A DNA stretch of 64,000 bases from Catajapyx aquilonaris (GCA_000934665.2 KZ538469.1:1-64000), one strand, 5' to 3'; counted from the stretch's first letter, positions 38,466 to 51,697 are shown. Program-made: numbers and translations. Notes: generated by a model from the sequence alone, not told the origin.

Positions 38466-38651
38466 TTGTTGCTGCTGCTGCTGTTGCTGAGGGGGCACTT
38501 GTTGGTGGTGCTGTTGCTGGGTGTGAGTGGGCTGCTGGGTGGGGCCTTGGCTGGCTGCACCTGACGGACAGGATAGTTTGGCAGGGGGGTCGTAACCGTC
38601 ACCTCCACAAGTGTCCAGATCGTCTCCAGGGCGTTTCAGGAACTTCTGCTG
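16903..38651 (-). CDS. mam: Neurogenic protein mastermind (Notch/CSL co-activator), 5'-partial: four downstream coding exons
   Basis: Exons 38651-36918 (phase 0/0), 19267-18142 (0/1), 17490-17291 (1/0) and 17184-16903 (TAA) join in frame through GT-AG sites. Arthropod Mam blocks are recognisable: QQKFLKRP, TKFSVEIVQQLEFT, QISTNVTVKTL, CKQE, FVDLEQCAAALEKDAAANG, PAAQTLKQMAEQHQ, FSVSQAQTINFTQQ, RRPPPEYKA, and the C-terminal acidic SDFNLEFLDNI...ELLNSF. Multiple polyQ tracts are present. The N-terminal basic domain exon is not in the window. Confidence 0.9.
17563..17678. mobile_element. Second, shorter copy of the CCATATTTGACG MITE, in a mam intron
   Basis: TA-CCATATTTGACGACAAG ... GTGCGTCTTATATGCCATCAAATACGG. 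The internal sequence matches the reverse complement of 4061-4201. Confidence 0.75.
21497..21553. repeat. (GA)n microsatellite
   Basis: About 28 uninterrupted GA units. Confidence 0.95.
21832..22038. mobile_element. Palindromic mariner-type MITE, copy 1
   Basis: TA-CAGGGTGGTCCAAGTTCAAG ... CTTGAACTTGGACCACCCTG-TA. The two ~95-bp arms are almost fully complementary. CAGGGTG termini with TA flanks are typical of Tc1/mariner. Confidence 0.85.
22192..22389. mobile_element. Palindromic mariner-type MITE, copy 2 (inverted relative to copy 1)
   Basis: CAGGGTGGACCAACTTCAAG ... GAAGTTGGTCCACCCTG-TA. The asymmetric internal segments (AGCAGTGATTTTGCG vs AGAAGCGCTTTACG) occupy swapped arms relative to copy 1. 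Confidence 0.85.
23328..23355. repeat. (GT)n microsatellite
   Basis: 14 GT units. Confidence 0.9.
27044..27126. repeat. Palindromic element of the GGGTGGAATTTTCGTCCCACTG family
   Basis: GGGTTGAATTTTCGTCCCACTACTA ... TAGCAGTGGGACACAAATTGCACCC; same termini as 8608-8681 and the 47.1-kb cluster. Confidence 0.65.
28586..28975. repeat. Degenerate tandem array of ATATCGATAT-containing units
   Basis: Alternating sub-units ATATCGATATTCATGGGTGGTCATA and ATATCGATATTTATTCCACG. Perfect TATCGATA occurs at 28625, 28721, 28752, 28774, 28902, 28935 and 28957. Confidence 0.85.
29206..29294. other. Assembly gap (N run) bounded by poly-G
   Basis: Run of N flanked by G homopolymers on both sides. Confidence 0.98.
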
Positions 38652-41600
38652 CTGCAATTTGTGAGAAGATAGAAAAAAATGATGTTATTTCCAAGAATAG
38701 TTTCGACGCTACAAAGTGGCAAGTGGAAAGCTTTCTCAGAAGACATTGCGCGTAACTAACACTCACACTGGGCGCTGTCAGCGAATTCTCAATAAACTTC
38801 CTGTACTCTTATTTTAAATATGGATCTGCAGGAAGCGAGGCGCCTAATGGCCCAGACTGCTACAAGGCTCGGCGATTTTTTATTTTTTTTGCAATACCGT
38901 ACACTACTTAAACCAAGATGCACATGGCCAAATTAACAATGTCTAGAAATTTTGACGCCAACACGATTACAAACAGTAACACATAAACACATTACAAACG
39001 ACTTCCTGTAGAGAAACAGCCTGATTGTCATTTGTATGGCTAAGAACTATGTAGAAAATACACGTTAATGTCAATAGTACGATTCGTTGTAAAAAAAAAG
39101 TGGCAATTAATGTCATTTACCGTGGGACTTATCATTTCATGAAGTAACAGTGACATGACTGATGTAAGGTGAAATTAGCCAAATAAAAATAATAACCTTC
39201 GTTCCGTCTGGCTAGGGACACACGCATCCAAGTTGTGTGCCCCGTATTTATCACAGAAAGTTCCAAGGTGACGTACACCAGTTCAGATTACGCGTAACCA
39301 CACACCTGACATGCTTTTGACAGCCGTCAGTTTTCTGGAGACAGCCAACTCCATATCCTCTTTTTTTCTTTCTTTCTTCTTACCCTCCCCTCCCCCTCCA
39401 CCTCCTCTTGTCGGTAACCATCCTCCCCTTAAACTGTGTAATTACACCTGTCTGCATGCATTGCGGCACCGGAAGTTTCGTGGGTCCTGACTCTTGGCCC
39501 GCCTTAATTGCACTCCTGGCCGAAAAATCTGCCCTTAGATCTGCAGCCCTGTAAACTGGTCCTTAACCTAAAACCCGACTCCCCATTTACATCAGCATAG
39601 TTTTTGCACTTGAGCTCAAATTACAGCTCATATCACGCATTGGCCCCCCCTTTCATTCCCATATGCTGACACCTGCCCTTCTTTTGTGTACAATCAAACA
39701 CCTGTCTCCAAAACGCACCAATTTATATACACATGTATATATACGGTGTATTCCGGAGCCCCAAATTACACAATGGCGATCCGACTCGATATTTTTTGTT
39801 GTGTGTTCCTCCGTGTATTTTTTGTTGTTGTTGTTTTGTTGCCTGAAGCCTCTCGACCGAGGTGGGAAAGAAAGAAGACTAGTTATGCCTACCTTCAGGA
39901 CTTGGCCGCTTCGGCATAGCACGCCACTCTGGAATTTAAGACTTCCGTCGGCCTCAGCCCTTTCCGACCCAATGTTGCCATTTGTGTTATGTTGTCTGTT
40001 GGCTGCCTTTTGCCTCACGTGTGTTGTGTCAACTATCATATCGTAAATAGGTGCGTGGTTATGGCGGGTGAACATGGTCAGGCATGGTGAGAAGTAAATG
40101 GCCGATTAATTGACGTGGGGGTTATTTGGATAAAGGGCGTGTGGTGTAATTATAAAACAGGGGGGGATGCAGCAAAAAAAAAAAAAAAATGCAGACACAC
40201 TTCTTTGCCCATAACCAGAGAAAGCACGTCTCATCCATGAGGCATGTTAACAGGAATTACAAATTAATGCCAGAAACGATTTACGTTGCGTCTTTTACCG
40301 CATTATATAATGACATCCTAATATTGGCTGATAACTGACGCCGAGACTTTTTTAAAAATGTTGTCGGCTGGTTTCAAATTAATTTATTGGCTAGTTTTTG
40401 GCGTTTGGTTATCATTTTATTGGCGTCTAATAAATATGCAGTGCCAGTGTCGCCTGATGTCCTCTAAAAATATCTATCGTCACTTTAGGGTGGATAATTA
40501 CACCGAAACCTGTATGTAACACACTTTTTTTTTCGTATCAGAGAATTATTCGCCATATTGTGTGTCGTATGTAACAAAAACCTGTTCCTTATCCTTATCG
40601 AAGGATTTATTCCGCTATTGGGAAGTTACACCGTATTGAAACAAATATGCGATATTCAGTTACAAGTTCATGCCAGGAAGATTCCAACTGAATCAATGCC
40701 ATTAAGCCAGGAAAAAAACTGGATTTTAACTGGAAAAAAGTCAGGCGTGCACAATACGTCGATGGCCGGTGTGGGGGATCCAAAAATCAGCTCATCATTA
40801 ATAACTTGACTGCACTTTACATATTTAATAGAGTTGTATGCAGTACAGATGCAGCATGGGTGATGTAATTGTTGCTGATAGCCCCATCTATAATTAACCC
40901 ACACTACAGTCTTCAACTTGTAATTCCCAATTTTATTGACTTTACCCTGGAAATTACCCAGCACAAAAAAAAGAGCTCGGTGACTCCCTAACTCAGTTAG
41001 TCGCTGGACATACGCCCTTATCCAAATAATTCCCTTTCCCCATTCAATTTGAACTCCGTAAAACCACGTCAGCTGCAAAATTCCTGGAGGCACCAAAGCT
41101 TAAGTCGGCGGGGCAATCAAATCATCCTAATCCAACTACAAGTCACCCGAGAATTTCGCCCGAGAAGCTAACAATTTTGTGTGTCCCCCCCTTACCAATA
41201 ACCACCCCAAAAAAATTGGGGGCGATGGGATGACATAATAAAAATGTCCCACTAAAATACGTGCACATGGCTAGTCTGCTGTCCGATAACGGGGTCCCCC
41301 CCCCCCCNCCCCCCCCCCCCCCTCTTCCCCCACCGTGCCATCGTGGCGTGCAAGGTATCAGCCTCTGTTACCAAGCAATCCCAACCGCCTATGAGCATAA
41401 CAGGGATCAATACAATTCGGTGGGGGGCGCGGCGATCACGTGACGTTGCGCCCCTTTCCACATCTAGCCGCCCGACACCTACACTTTGGGGTCGGAGGCG
41501 AGTGGCAGCCACTGCCACACCAGAAGCCAAAGAGATCAACCCCTCCCACCCTACTCCGGGGAGGGGTGGAAAAGCATCCGGGAGACACCCGGAGCCACAA

Positions 41601-44600
41601 AAATACAATACGATTTGAATTTGCCCGCGCTTCACACAACAAAGGATTCCCGCGCTTTTCTGGTGACGTCATCCCAGCCTTTTAACCAATCAGCAAACTG
41701 CTGACAAGAAATTGCGATTAAGAGCGTCAACCTGAGAAGTTTGACAGCGTGCTGTAAACGCAATTATTGCGATAAACTAGCGGTAGGTCCGTGCAGGTAT
41801 GCGGCCACACATACTTAAAACCGTTGAGTCAAACGAGGTCACACTTTGGATCTCTCCTTTTAACGCAGGACATTTTCTCACGGCCCGCAACCCCCGCAAT
41901 AAGAGCTGCAATCACGTCTTGTGTTCACGAGCCCGTGGAATATATTTTTCTTCTTTCAAATCGTAATAATCTCTCTTCCCGGTTTTCTTTAGCAATTCAG
42001 TACTTACAGAATCACTTTCCAACAATATAGCCTTGATCCAAACGGGTGGAATTGCAGTTAGAAAGCAATCCTTCAATTGCCATGCCCGGGCTATTAATAC
42101 CTACAGTCACATCACGCCAACATTTTGCTCGATAAAAAACTACTGCTACTTGCAACAAATATTCAATTGCACAGGTTCGTGCCGCCTCGTTTTATCTACA
42201 GTATACACACACACCTATATCGGCCTGAATGTAAAACCACAACAGACTTGGAGAAAAGTTGTACTAGTCTTTGGTGTCCCATACTCCCTAGGAAGAATGT
42301 CAACCTGATTGTCTAGGTTCTGTGCAGGACAAACCAGCTTTTTGACGGCACGTTTGTGGGTCAACCTCCTCTATAGCACGGCTCCGCTCCGACTGGACTC
42401 GAAGACCAAAAGCATCCGTGTTACAGGTGCCATTAATAATGTTGTTTTTTAAAAAATAATTCGCAAATCTATACAGATGGGCGTCAACCTAGATGACAAC
42501 ACAATGCATCGGGTCGACACCAAAGATAGACATCTCCGCCAAGTTAAACTCGTGATGTAACTACTGTTCCGACCAGTGATAAAGTGGGGGCGCGGACAAA
42601 ACACTGCTGAAGTGGACTAAATGCAGCTCTCAGGGAGGCGTTGTCCGACGAAAGCGAGAGGTATTCGTGTCCCCGGACTTGTCACGATTCCGATACACAT
42701 CGGTACAAAAGGCAAAAAAAACTTTTGCAGATATTTCGCATTCAAGGACTGGCGGGCTGCTCGGATTCAACACAAACCATCTCCGCCATTAATACCCCTT
42801 TCCACTTTCCCCATCTCCCTACAACATGTCGCTGGCCACTTTCGCCTGCCCATTTTGGCCCGGGGGCTGTGTACTCGCCAGCCCAGTTTGCATAAGCTCA
42901 GCAGCTGGAGTTAGTGAAGGTCAGTGGAGCTCAAACGAAGGACCCACTCAAAGGGCTGCCAGGAAAGCCAGTTATTTGGTCTCAGCCTGTGCTTGTGTGC
43001 TGTACTTACACACGGAGGTTACGATATTCGCGATAATATGCTACCTCCAAAAAAATTCGTACAAGATTTTTAATCTAGGTTCGGAGCCCTGTTAGGACAA
43101 CATGGCTGCTGACATACTGGCCACAACAAAGGACCGTTTTTTATATTTTTTCCCGACGGAAAAAGAGCCCGCAGAGACCCCTTGGCTGCTGCAGTATCCA
43201 TTTACCGACTGTCATAAGCCAGGCAATTCCAACCTGATTTGCATCCTTTTGACGACTCTTTACCGATTTTAATGACCACCTCCCATCCCATCCCTCCCCC
43301 TCTTGCAAATTCTAATTGAGAGTCACACACAATTTTCGCGCTCGCGACAGCTACGGGGTCAAACCCATACCAAAAACCGGGAATGTCACCAATATGTGTC
43401 ATAACCCGCCCCTTTTATATAACGCTCTGGAATAAACGTGATGAGTTTTGGCAACTTATTCCGAAACTTTTGGGACACCTGAGCGTTTGTTTGAAGAAAA
43501 AAATTATATTGTAGCCTATATCAATCGTTGCTTCCTGCTTATGTATAGTAATATGCGGGCTATAAACCTTGAGAAGGCTTCGGCAATAATTTACCGCGCC
43601 TCGTAAACCATGTCCTCAAGGAGGAAAAAATCTGCAGTGGCCTTGCGCAGTTAGTCATCCTAAGAGTGATGCAACCCACACGTAACATCGTGTAGTATAC
43701 CCCTTACGGATAGTTGCGCAGCACATTCAAAAAATATTTCTTTCCAAGGCGTAATATTCTTCCTTCGACATGATAACCGCAAGTAACGCTGTGCCTTCAT
43801 AATATCCGGCTGCTACAGCCTCGGGGGGCTAGACAGCATCATTAATATCTCCTCCTCCTCCTCCTCCACAACGTCTGAACCTCTTCTTTCCACAATCCGA
43901 TACTTTGTTCCTTACCTTGGCGCCAACCTAGAGGCGCCGCCCGGATGTTCCGGAGCCGACCACCCGGAAAATCCTTGCCAACAGTAAAAGGCAATTTCAC
44001 TTGCACTTGCAACTTTATCACTTTCGCTTACTCTCCCCGCCTGCTCCTCTACTGTCAATTTCGCGCCCCATATTAATCTGGAAACTGAAAATTAAAATAA
44101 TTAACTGCATCTTATTATACCTCCGGACGGAAAATCCTATCCCCGGTGCTGCCTCCATTATGCGGGTGTAGGAAGAAAGATGGTGGAGACCAGAACCTGA
44201 AAACTCGGTCGGTGTGAACAAAGAAAGTCGAATTAATATTTAATACTGGGATGCATTCTAATCTGGGGGAGGGGTCCTCACTGCCTCCGGGTATCTCTAC
44301 CCTTCCGTCTCTAGGAGCAGTATACGGATTTCTGAAATCGGTTTATACCGGGATGAGCGAGCTAACATGCAGGTTCAATCAGCATAATTGTGCTACACCA
44401 GAATGCACTGCGAGCTCCCGGATCCTTTTCACAGGCAATAATCCAACCCTGGCTAAATCGAGGTCAGGCGGACTGGACCGTGTCATCGACATGCAAAACA
44501 CCCTGGCTTGAGGGGAAGTAAGGGGGCTAGGGCTTGCTGAAGAGAGAGAGAGAAAAAAAAGAAAATGTACAATCTGAACAAGGACATCCAACTGGGCAGT

Positions 44601-47077
44601 GCAAAACTCGCAAGTCATATGGTGAAATGTTTTCCGGGCAAGCACCTATTCTTACCCCAGAGCATATTTCGCCATTATATATTTCAAACGGTGGGAACTG
44701 GGAGAATATTTTCCTGGACTTTCACTTATTTTCCAAGTGATCGTGAAGCGACAGTAGGGCACACTGACCCCATTACTTAGCCTTCCATGTATACCGCCTG
44801 GGATTTCTAATCTTAATGAACTAATAGCCAAAATACCCTTTACATGCGGAGAGTCACGTCCTCAAGAATAATTAATTGGCCAGGCATATCATTGCATTCA
44901 ATTTTAATATTGGTGCAATTTACTATGGAATTTGTAAGTCCCTCCTCAATCAATTAAAATGGACTACATACGCCCAGTTACATGAACTCAATTAACAAAA
45001 AAAACTTGAATTACCAGTATGTATTGGATTGTATGCAGAATAATTCGCTTTTTTCACTTAATCTACATATGCTTCGTACTGAAGTGTTTCTAATTCCTTC
45101 GAGCAAGACACTTGAGTATAATTCATTACTTTCTGCTTTACGTATACATAGAGATACTGTATGGGCCTACTATACTGTATTTTTTATATTTTACTATATA
45201 GGCCAATTGATTGGAAATGACTTCGAAAAATTATTACAATTTAAATGAATGAACGATTTCATAACTGCCAATGACCCACAAATTTTTATAGGGCGATCAA
45301 ATATTAGTGCAATCACTCATCAAAATAACTATCAATCAGTCACTAGGGTCGTACCAAACAGGATGTGCACGCAACTTCCTTTGCATGGCACATCTGCATT
45401 TATAACACCCAAAATTTCCAGACATGCGCTGTAAACCCCCCAGACAAGTTTTATTTTCTTAAAAATGGCGGACCCCACGCAGACGCAGAGTATTGTTGCA
45501 AACCTTCCCGCGCCTACCTCCATATCCGCAGTGCATATTACCGCATTACAAAAATCTTGCAGCCCCCCCCTCCACCCCCCAACCCGAAACACTCGTGACA
45601 AATGTAAATTAAACACCCCTCTCTGAGGATTATCTTTCTGGGATCCGGAGCTTCAGTTCGTAGGCCCATTCCGGAGCGGGAAGCTGGGTTTTGTACGGTG
45701 ATTTGCGGGGGGATATATACACTCTCCCTCTGTAATATCATCCCTGCCAGCTTTGCAGCGCAAATAGGTCTAATATATTATAAAGGCAGAGTAGTGCTCG
45801 CCCAGTAATAGAAGTTAACAGAGTTGGATCGTGTGGCGCGAGAATGAGGTCCGTGGGATATGGGCAGGCATTTAACATGGTCTAGCACTCACGAATATGA
45901 GGTTCTGGCCTTAATCATGCAAGGCAGGCGTCCCCGGGACGTATAGGCTAACGAAAAGGGGTGCTCTCTCTCGCAATCTCCGAAAACCGCACTATCACGT
46001 GACACCGGACACAAAATGGCGCCAAAAAATTGATGCAAAATGGCGCTGGGATCAACCAAAAAAAAAAAAACAACACACACACACACACACACGAAAACGA
46101 TGAAGGGGCTGGATGATCGAACTAATTCTGGAAAGTTGCAACGATTAATTTGACTTGAAACTTTTTTTTTCGCACGCAAATATTCGTGCATTCGCCTGCT
46201 GAGATGGTCCTCGAACTTTTGAGCTAGTTTTTTTCAGAAAAAAAAGAGGATGTGATTTATTCAAATAGCTGTACTTGCCCGCTAATATCAACCGCGACCG
46301 CCTTTTGTGACTCGATTTTGCACGATGTCTCCTACTGGGTTATAGTCCTCTCGCCACCTGTAGTGCACGTGCCGTTACGTAAAATGAAATTACGCAAGCT
46401 TACAGTATTAATAAATTCAATATTTAAATATCTGCTTTCAGTCGCTGTCACATCTGATGGGGATGTAGAAATATATTATCGTCACAGATTTTCCTGATTC
46501 AATCATGTCGTAGAAATTCGGACCATCCTACAGTGTGATAGACGACATTCCGGGGTCGCCTAATAACTCGATACTAAGTAGCTTGTCGTGGGGGAGTGTC
46601 AAGCTAGGGTCCCCGCATTTTGTTTTCGTCTCCTTTTCCCCCCACACCGAACCAAGCCATGTAGTAAACGAACTTCACGTGTACGAACGACCAACCCGAG
46701 GTGAGTGGGGGAGAAGAGACCATTCCCCCAGATGAGGAACGCTGATTATCACCCTGGAGTGACTCACCCACAGGTTTGTCACATCCCATCTCTTTCCATT
46801 ACCCACACAGGCTCACAATCTTCCCGCTTACACCTACGAGAGCGGTTTGCATTACTTGACTCAAAAATAAAGGGCTCTGGGGTCGGCCAACCAACTGTGG
46901 CCGCAGCGGCGAATATTTAAAGGCTCATTAACATAAAATGTCCACTTGAGCTCATATTGGGCCTCGGGGCGGATTTTTTTTTTCTCTCTCTCTCTCTTTC
47001 TTCCTTCCTAAAGCGAGTGGAAGCTGGCCTATACAATTTTTTAGGCTCATACTTAGTGCTGTACACTGGAGTAGAGG

Positions 47078-47460
47078 CTTGATTTTTAGGCTAAAATGAT
47101 AAAATGTCAATGGGTGGAATTTTCGTCCCAGTGCTAAGTTAGCAGTGGGTAGCAGTAACTAGCAGTGGGACGAAAATTCCACTGGCTTTTTGATTTTGAA
47201 AGGTTGATTTTTGGGCTAAAAATTAGACAATGTCAATGGGTGGAATTTTCGTCCCACTGCTATAGGTACTGCTAACTTAGCAATGGGTAGAAGTCACTGG
47301 CTCATTGACATTTTCTAATTTTTAGCCCAAAAATCAAGCCTTCAAATCAAAAAGCAAGTGGAATTTTTGTCCCACTGCTATGCCTACTGCTAACTTAGCA
47401 GTACCACTGCCAACACTGATACTACTAAGGTACTAGCAGTGGGTCCAAAAATCCGCCCCC
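47078..47460. repeat. Composite nested inverted-repeat cluster (GGGTGGAATTTTCGTCCCACTG family)
   Basis: Several copies of GTGGAATTTTCGTCCCACTGCTA in both orientations. The ~78-bp arms at about 47160-47238 and 47303-47380 are largely complementary. Confidence 0.8.
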
Positions 47461-50400
47461 AATGACTACAGAGAAAAATCTATAGGCGCCTATATACAAA
47501 ATTTGGGCGATATTGCGGAAGTCCAAAATTATGTCTTCAGTGCCCATTTCCCACAACATTTATAGTGCCTACTTAATTACCACCAAACTTGTACCTTAAA
47601 GTCCTTGGCAGCTTGTGCTTCCTGCCAACAACACATGACGCGATTCTTGAAGCAGGCCTATAAGAGTGCAGCCATGTGGAATGGGTTTCCCGTGACCTTC
47701 TCGGTTCCTCTTCCTCAGGAGTTATAATTCTCTATATCGCGCCCAACCCATCTCTTTTCATTATTATTATTTTTTTCTTCTTCTTCTTCCAGCTCCTCCA
47801 ACCTCCTTCCACTAAAAACAGATCGTGTCAAACCATATTGAGAAATCTGCGGTGCGACCCTTGAAGCATTGGTTACGTGCCATCAAAAACTCCGGCAGGG
47901 CTAAGATTTGGCACGCATACCCGGGGTTGGTGACCCTTCTTCTTCGGTATAGGGTGCGATATGTAGGGTGAATCAAAACCGACCAGAGATATTACTCCCA
48001 ATTTTTTTTTAAACGGAAGAAAAGCCTTGAAATTCTGGCAGCTTGTTAGAAATGAGAGTGACAACTACTGTAAGATTTCGCTAAATGTGTCCGGATTTGC
48101 ACTGGGTGGTGGAAACATAAAATTAGAGTCCGCTGCGGAATAGTAATGATTCAACTCAATTGGTTGCTGGTGACCTTCCCATGAAAAGGCGGAAAAACAT
48201 AGACCCAGCACACACGGTGGTGCTTAACCTTCGAAACCAGTGAACCGACTCGTGCTTATAAATATACGAAAATAAAACTGCATAGATGCCTCGATCACCA
48301 ATTAATGAATGCAAAAACACTGAAAATTTTTCCATGATTCAGAATATTCGCACAGTTTACTTAACCTATAGGCGCGTGTAACTGACTCTCCAAATGTTGG
48401 CGGTAACTTTGCCTCAACTAATTCCGGGGTGTGGCTCCAGCATATTCGCGTATACGTGTTACAATAGAATTAATTACCCCAGCTCTTCCAGCACGAACTT
48501 AATTCCAAATTGAAGCACAGTATTCCCGGATTGCACAAAGGTGTGCCAACAGCCGCCATAATAACAGGCAAAGAACTTTGCGGATTCCAACATTGGCCAC
48601 TCGCTAAGTTACGTTAATGGACTTTCCTCTCCATTAACCCCTGGGTATTATATCGGGGAAGGGGGAATCAGTCGGGAGGTATGCTGAATTATCAAGAGGC
48701 TTGCAAACCGCAGGATATGGTCTGCGCATTCCGCCATTTCCATGCCCAAAGATGGCCAGCGTGTTATACAGTTTTAGGAGGATTTTTATATATACGGTTC
48801 AGCGTCCATTTTTAGGCTCCGCCGGGGCTATACGGGCAGCTTCCGGCAACGTGTGGACACTTGTCCGGAAGTAATGCTTCAGGATATGACACACATGTGT
48901 TTAAAGCTCCCCATACAAATTTTGGTGTGGTAACATTGCTTCCAAAGCGGTGAAGACAAATGGCCGCTGTCTCCACTACGGCTTTCGTCAATTCTGTGAC
49001 TTTCAGAGACAGATTCTCCTCTTCAACATTTTTTTGTGAGTGTTTAGTAGCGTCTCAGGGTCATCCCTGTAGAAGGCCAAATACAGGAGAAAACAGGTCA
49101 AAGTCTCATGCCAGTCCTCCCCTCTAATGGTAGCCTCCGACAAATCGAAAGAGAGGGGGGGATAGTGGCGGCCATTACTAGTCCACCCCACCTTCTCTAC
49201 CCATCTACCCATCCATCCTTTTCTCTTGTGCTCCTCTCTCTCGCCCTCGTCACAATCAACTTGGAAACCGGGATGGAAACTGGAACTGGAGAGGGGTGAT
49301 AATATTGGGGAGACCAGAAAGGATATGGCCCTAACAAAAGACGGAGCCTGCCTCTACCTGTGCCCCCCCCCCCTCTTCTTTTATTTGGGGGGGGGGGGAG
49401 AGAGAGGAGGGGATAGATTGGGCAGAAAGCTGGCTGATGGAAGGGTACAGTTGTGACAAAGATTTTGTTGGAAAAAAATCCTTGATGGCACGTCCCTATT
49501 GGGAAAACTGGGAATGAACAAAAGCAATGCGATAGTGAGGAAAAGATAGCCATCCCAGAACCTGCCTTAATTTGACCCCTTTTCTGATTGGACTATTTGC
49601 ACCTGTCTGCCCTTTTAATTAATCAAATAATCATATTTATTACATACTACTGGATATTACGCAACATTGTACATAACGGTGCATTTTAGTACACAATATC
49701 ATCAAACTATTTTTAACATTCGGCCATATACCTACATTTTTATTTTTAAAAAGACGTTTGATATGTATTAATCATCAATAATTGGGCATTTCAAAAATGC
49801 GCCCCGTACAGTCACCTCAATACAACCTGATAACTGTTTCTACCACATTCACACCCCTTTAGTGTTGCCATTAAAATACACGTTGCCATCCGGCAAGCGC
49901 ACTCTGTAAGTACCCGGTGTCAAACAATGTCCCTTTTTAAAACCCCGCATTTATCAAGCGGTATAAACAACAAGCGAAGCAATCTGGTAAAAATTATTAT
50001 GATCGCATGTCCACGCTGCTTGGTACTTGCCCTTTTGTTAGTTTCCGTTTATAACCCAATAAAATCGCGCACATTTTTACCACACTATCAATATAGTTTT
50101 TGGGTTGGGAGAAAAACATTTTCGATGAATGAAAGACAAACCTGCAGATGAATGACAATCAAACCCGTGCCAATCAAATCGTATTTTTTTTCCATCTGTG
50201 TCCTTGATTGACATATGCACATGGCGGTAGGGTTTTAACTGAAGCACGTGCTGCATATGGTGGAAGGATTATTACGAGTGAAGACATGGAGAGAGAGAAA
50301 AAAAAGTGGCAACGATGCCAAATTGAGGGCAACACACAGTCCCATTAGGCCTCACCGACGCGTGGGAGGTCAACAAATTGACTAATCCTACCCAGAGACA

Positions 50401-51216
50401 ACGTCTGCACCACAATGGACCGGAAGACGGGTCAAACGATGAAGGTCAACACCCTGTAGCACACTGACACCATGCCGCCACTCTAGTTCCAGACTTTAAA
50501 AAAGTGGGCACACGAGTGGTCACTCCCGACCTCCCACGCAAAAGGAATGGACATTTACATCTGAAGGCCGTTTCTCCCTTAGCGATCTCCACCCATCTGC
50601 TGTGCCATAATTGAATTAAAAAAAACTGAACATTACGGTACCGTACTCCACTCTCTTGAGGGTAACCGGTACCCCGTGCGATTTTCCTCCAGGCCGCAAA
50701 TTCCGCCGGACCTTCCACTGTCACTTGTAATGAATAACTTAGCATCTCTACACGCACACTGACTGTACGCTTCCCATTCCTAAATGGCTACGCTTCTGCC
50801 TTTAATTATTAACAGTGGCGCTTCCCGCTCGGGGTAGTTTTCCCGCGCCTGTTATTCTAATTTGAACCCTCCTCCCACTATATTCCAAACAACCCCTTGG
50901 AAATCCGATCCCATTGATATTTGTTACGTAATGGCACCTAACCCTGCGTTTTCACGGGGTAACGCGTAATTATCCATAAATCCCAATGTTGATTTTTTGG
51001 CTCTCTGTGTGTGTGTGCTGCGCGTAGGGGATTGCACAGGGAGAGAAGCCGGTCAATTTTTGGTGTGTAAATATAGTAACATGGCTGATGTGACCTAGTA
51101 ACTTTGTGATGGGGGGTGCTTCTCCCATAGGACCCCGGTCTGTGTTTGATGTGTTTCGAACGGTTTTTGAAATATCGCGCCGTTTGAATCTCTGCACACC
51201 TAGTTCGAATGCAAAA

Positions 51217-51382
51217 CGAGGGGTTAGTCACTAGATACTATAGTGTACGACAGACTTTGACAGTCGGACATCATGAACATTTTGTCCGAACTTCAGTGGA
51301 ACTTCACCTGGACTTGAGTCGTACTTCACTAACATTTTGTCCGGACTTCAGTGTCGGTGTGTACGAAGTGACTAACCCCTCG
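51217..51382. repeat. MITE-like element with 16-bp perfect terminal inverted repeats
   Basis: CGAGGGGTTAGTCACT (51217-51232) and AGTGACTAACCCCTCG (51367-51382). The internal direct repeat AACATTTTGTCCGRACTTCAGTG occurs twice. Confidence 0.6.
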
Positions 51383-51697
51383 GTTTCTACCCATGTTGCT
51401 GAATTGTGGCCAGAGTTGCCTGAGCGCTAGACACGTGCAGTGTGCACGTGTGGCACATGTACTCACCCAGCACAACATAATACCGGCGGTCCCACCACTG
51501 GTACCTCGGGTACCGCTCCGGCCGCCGTCAAATCCGCACATCACCCGCCAAACCACCGCATGCCGCCCACCACCACCGGCGTCTCCCTGCGTCCGCGCGC
51601 CAGGCCCGCCTCCGAAAACCTGTGCCAGCTAACCCCTTACAGGCTCAACCCCCGAACGCACTGCTCCCAAGTCAGTCGCGCCAGTCCCCCCCCCCCC

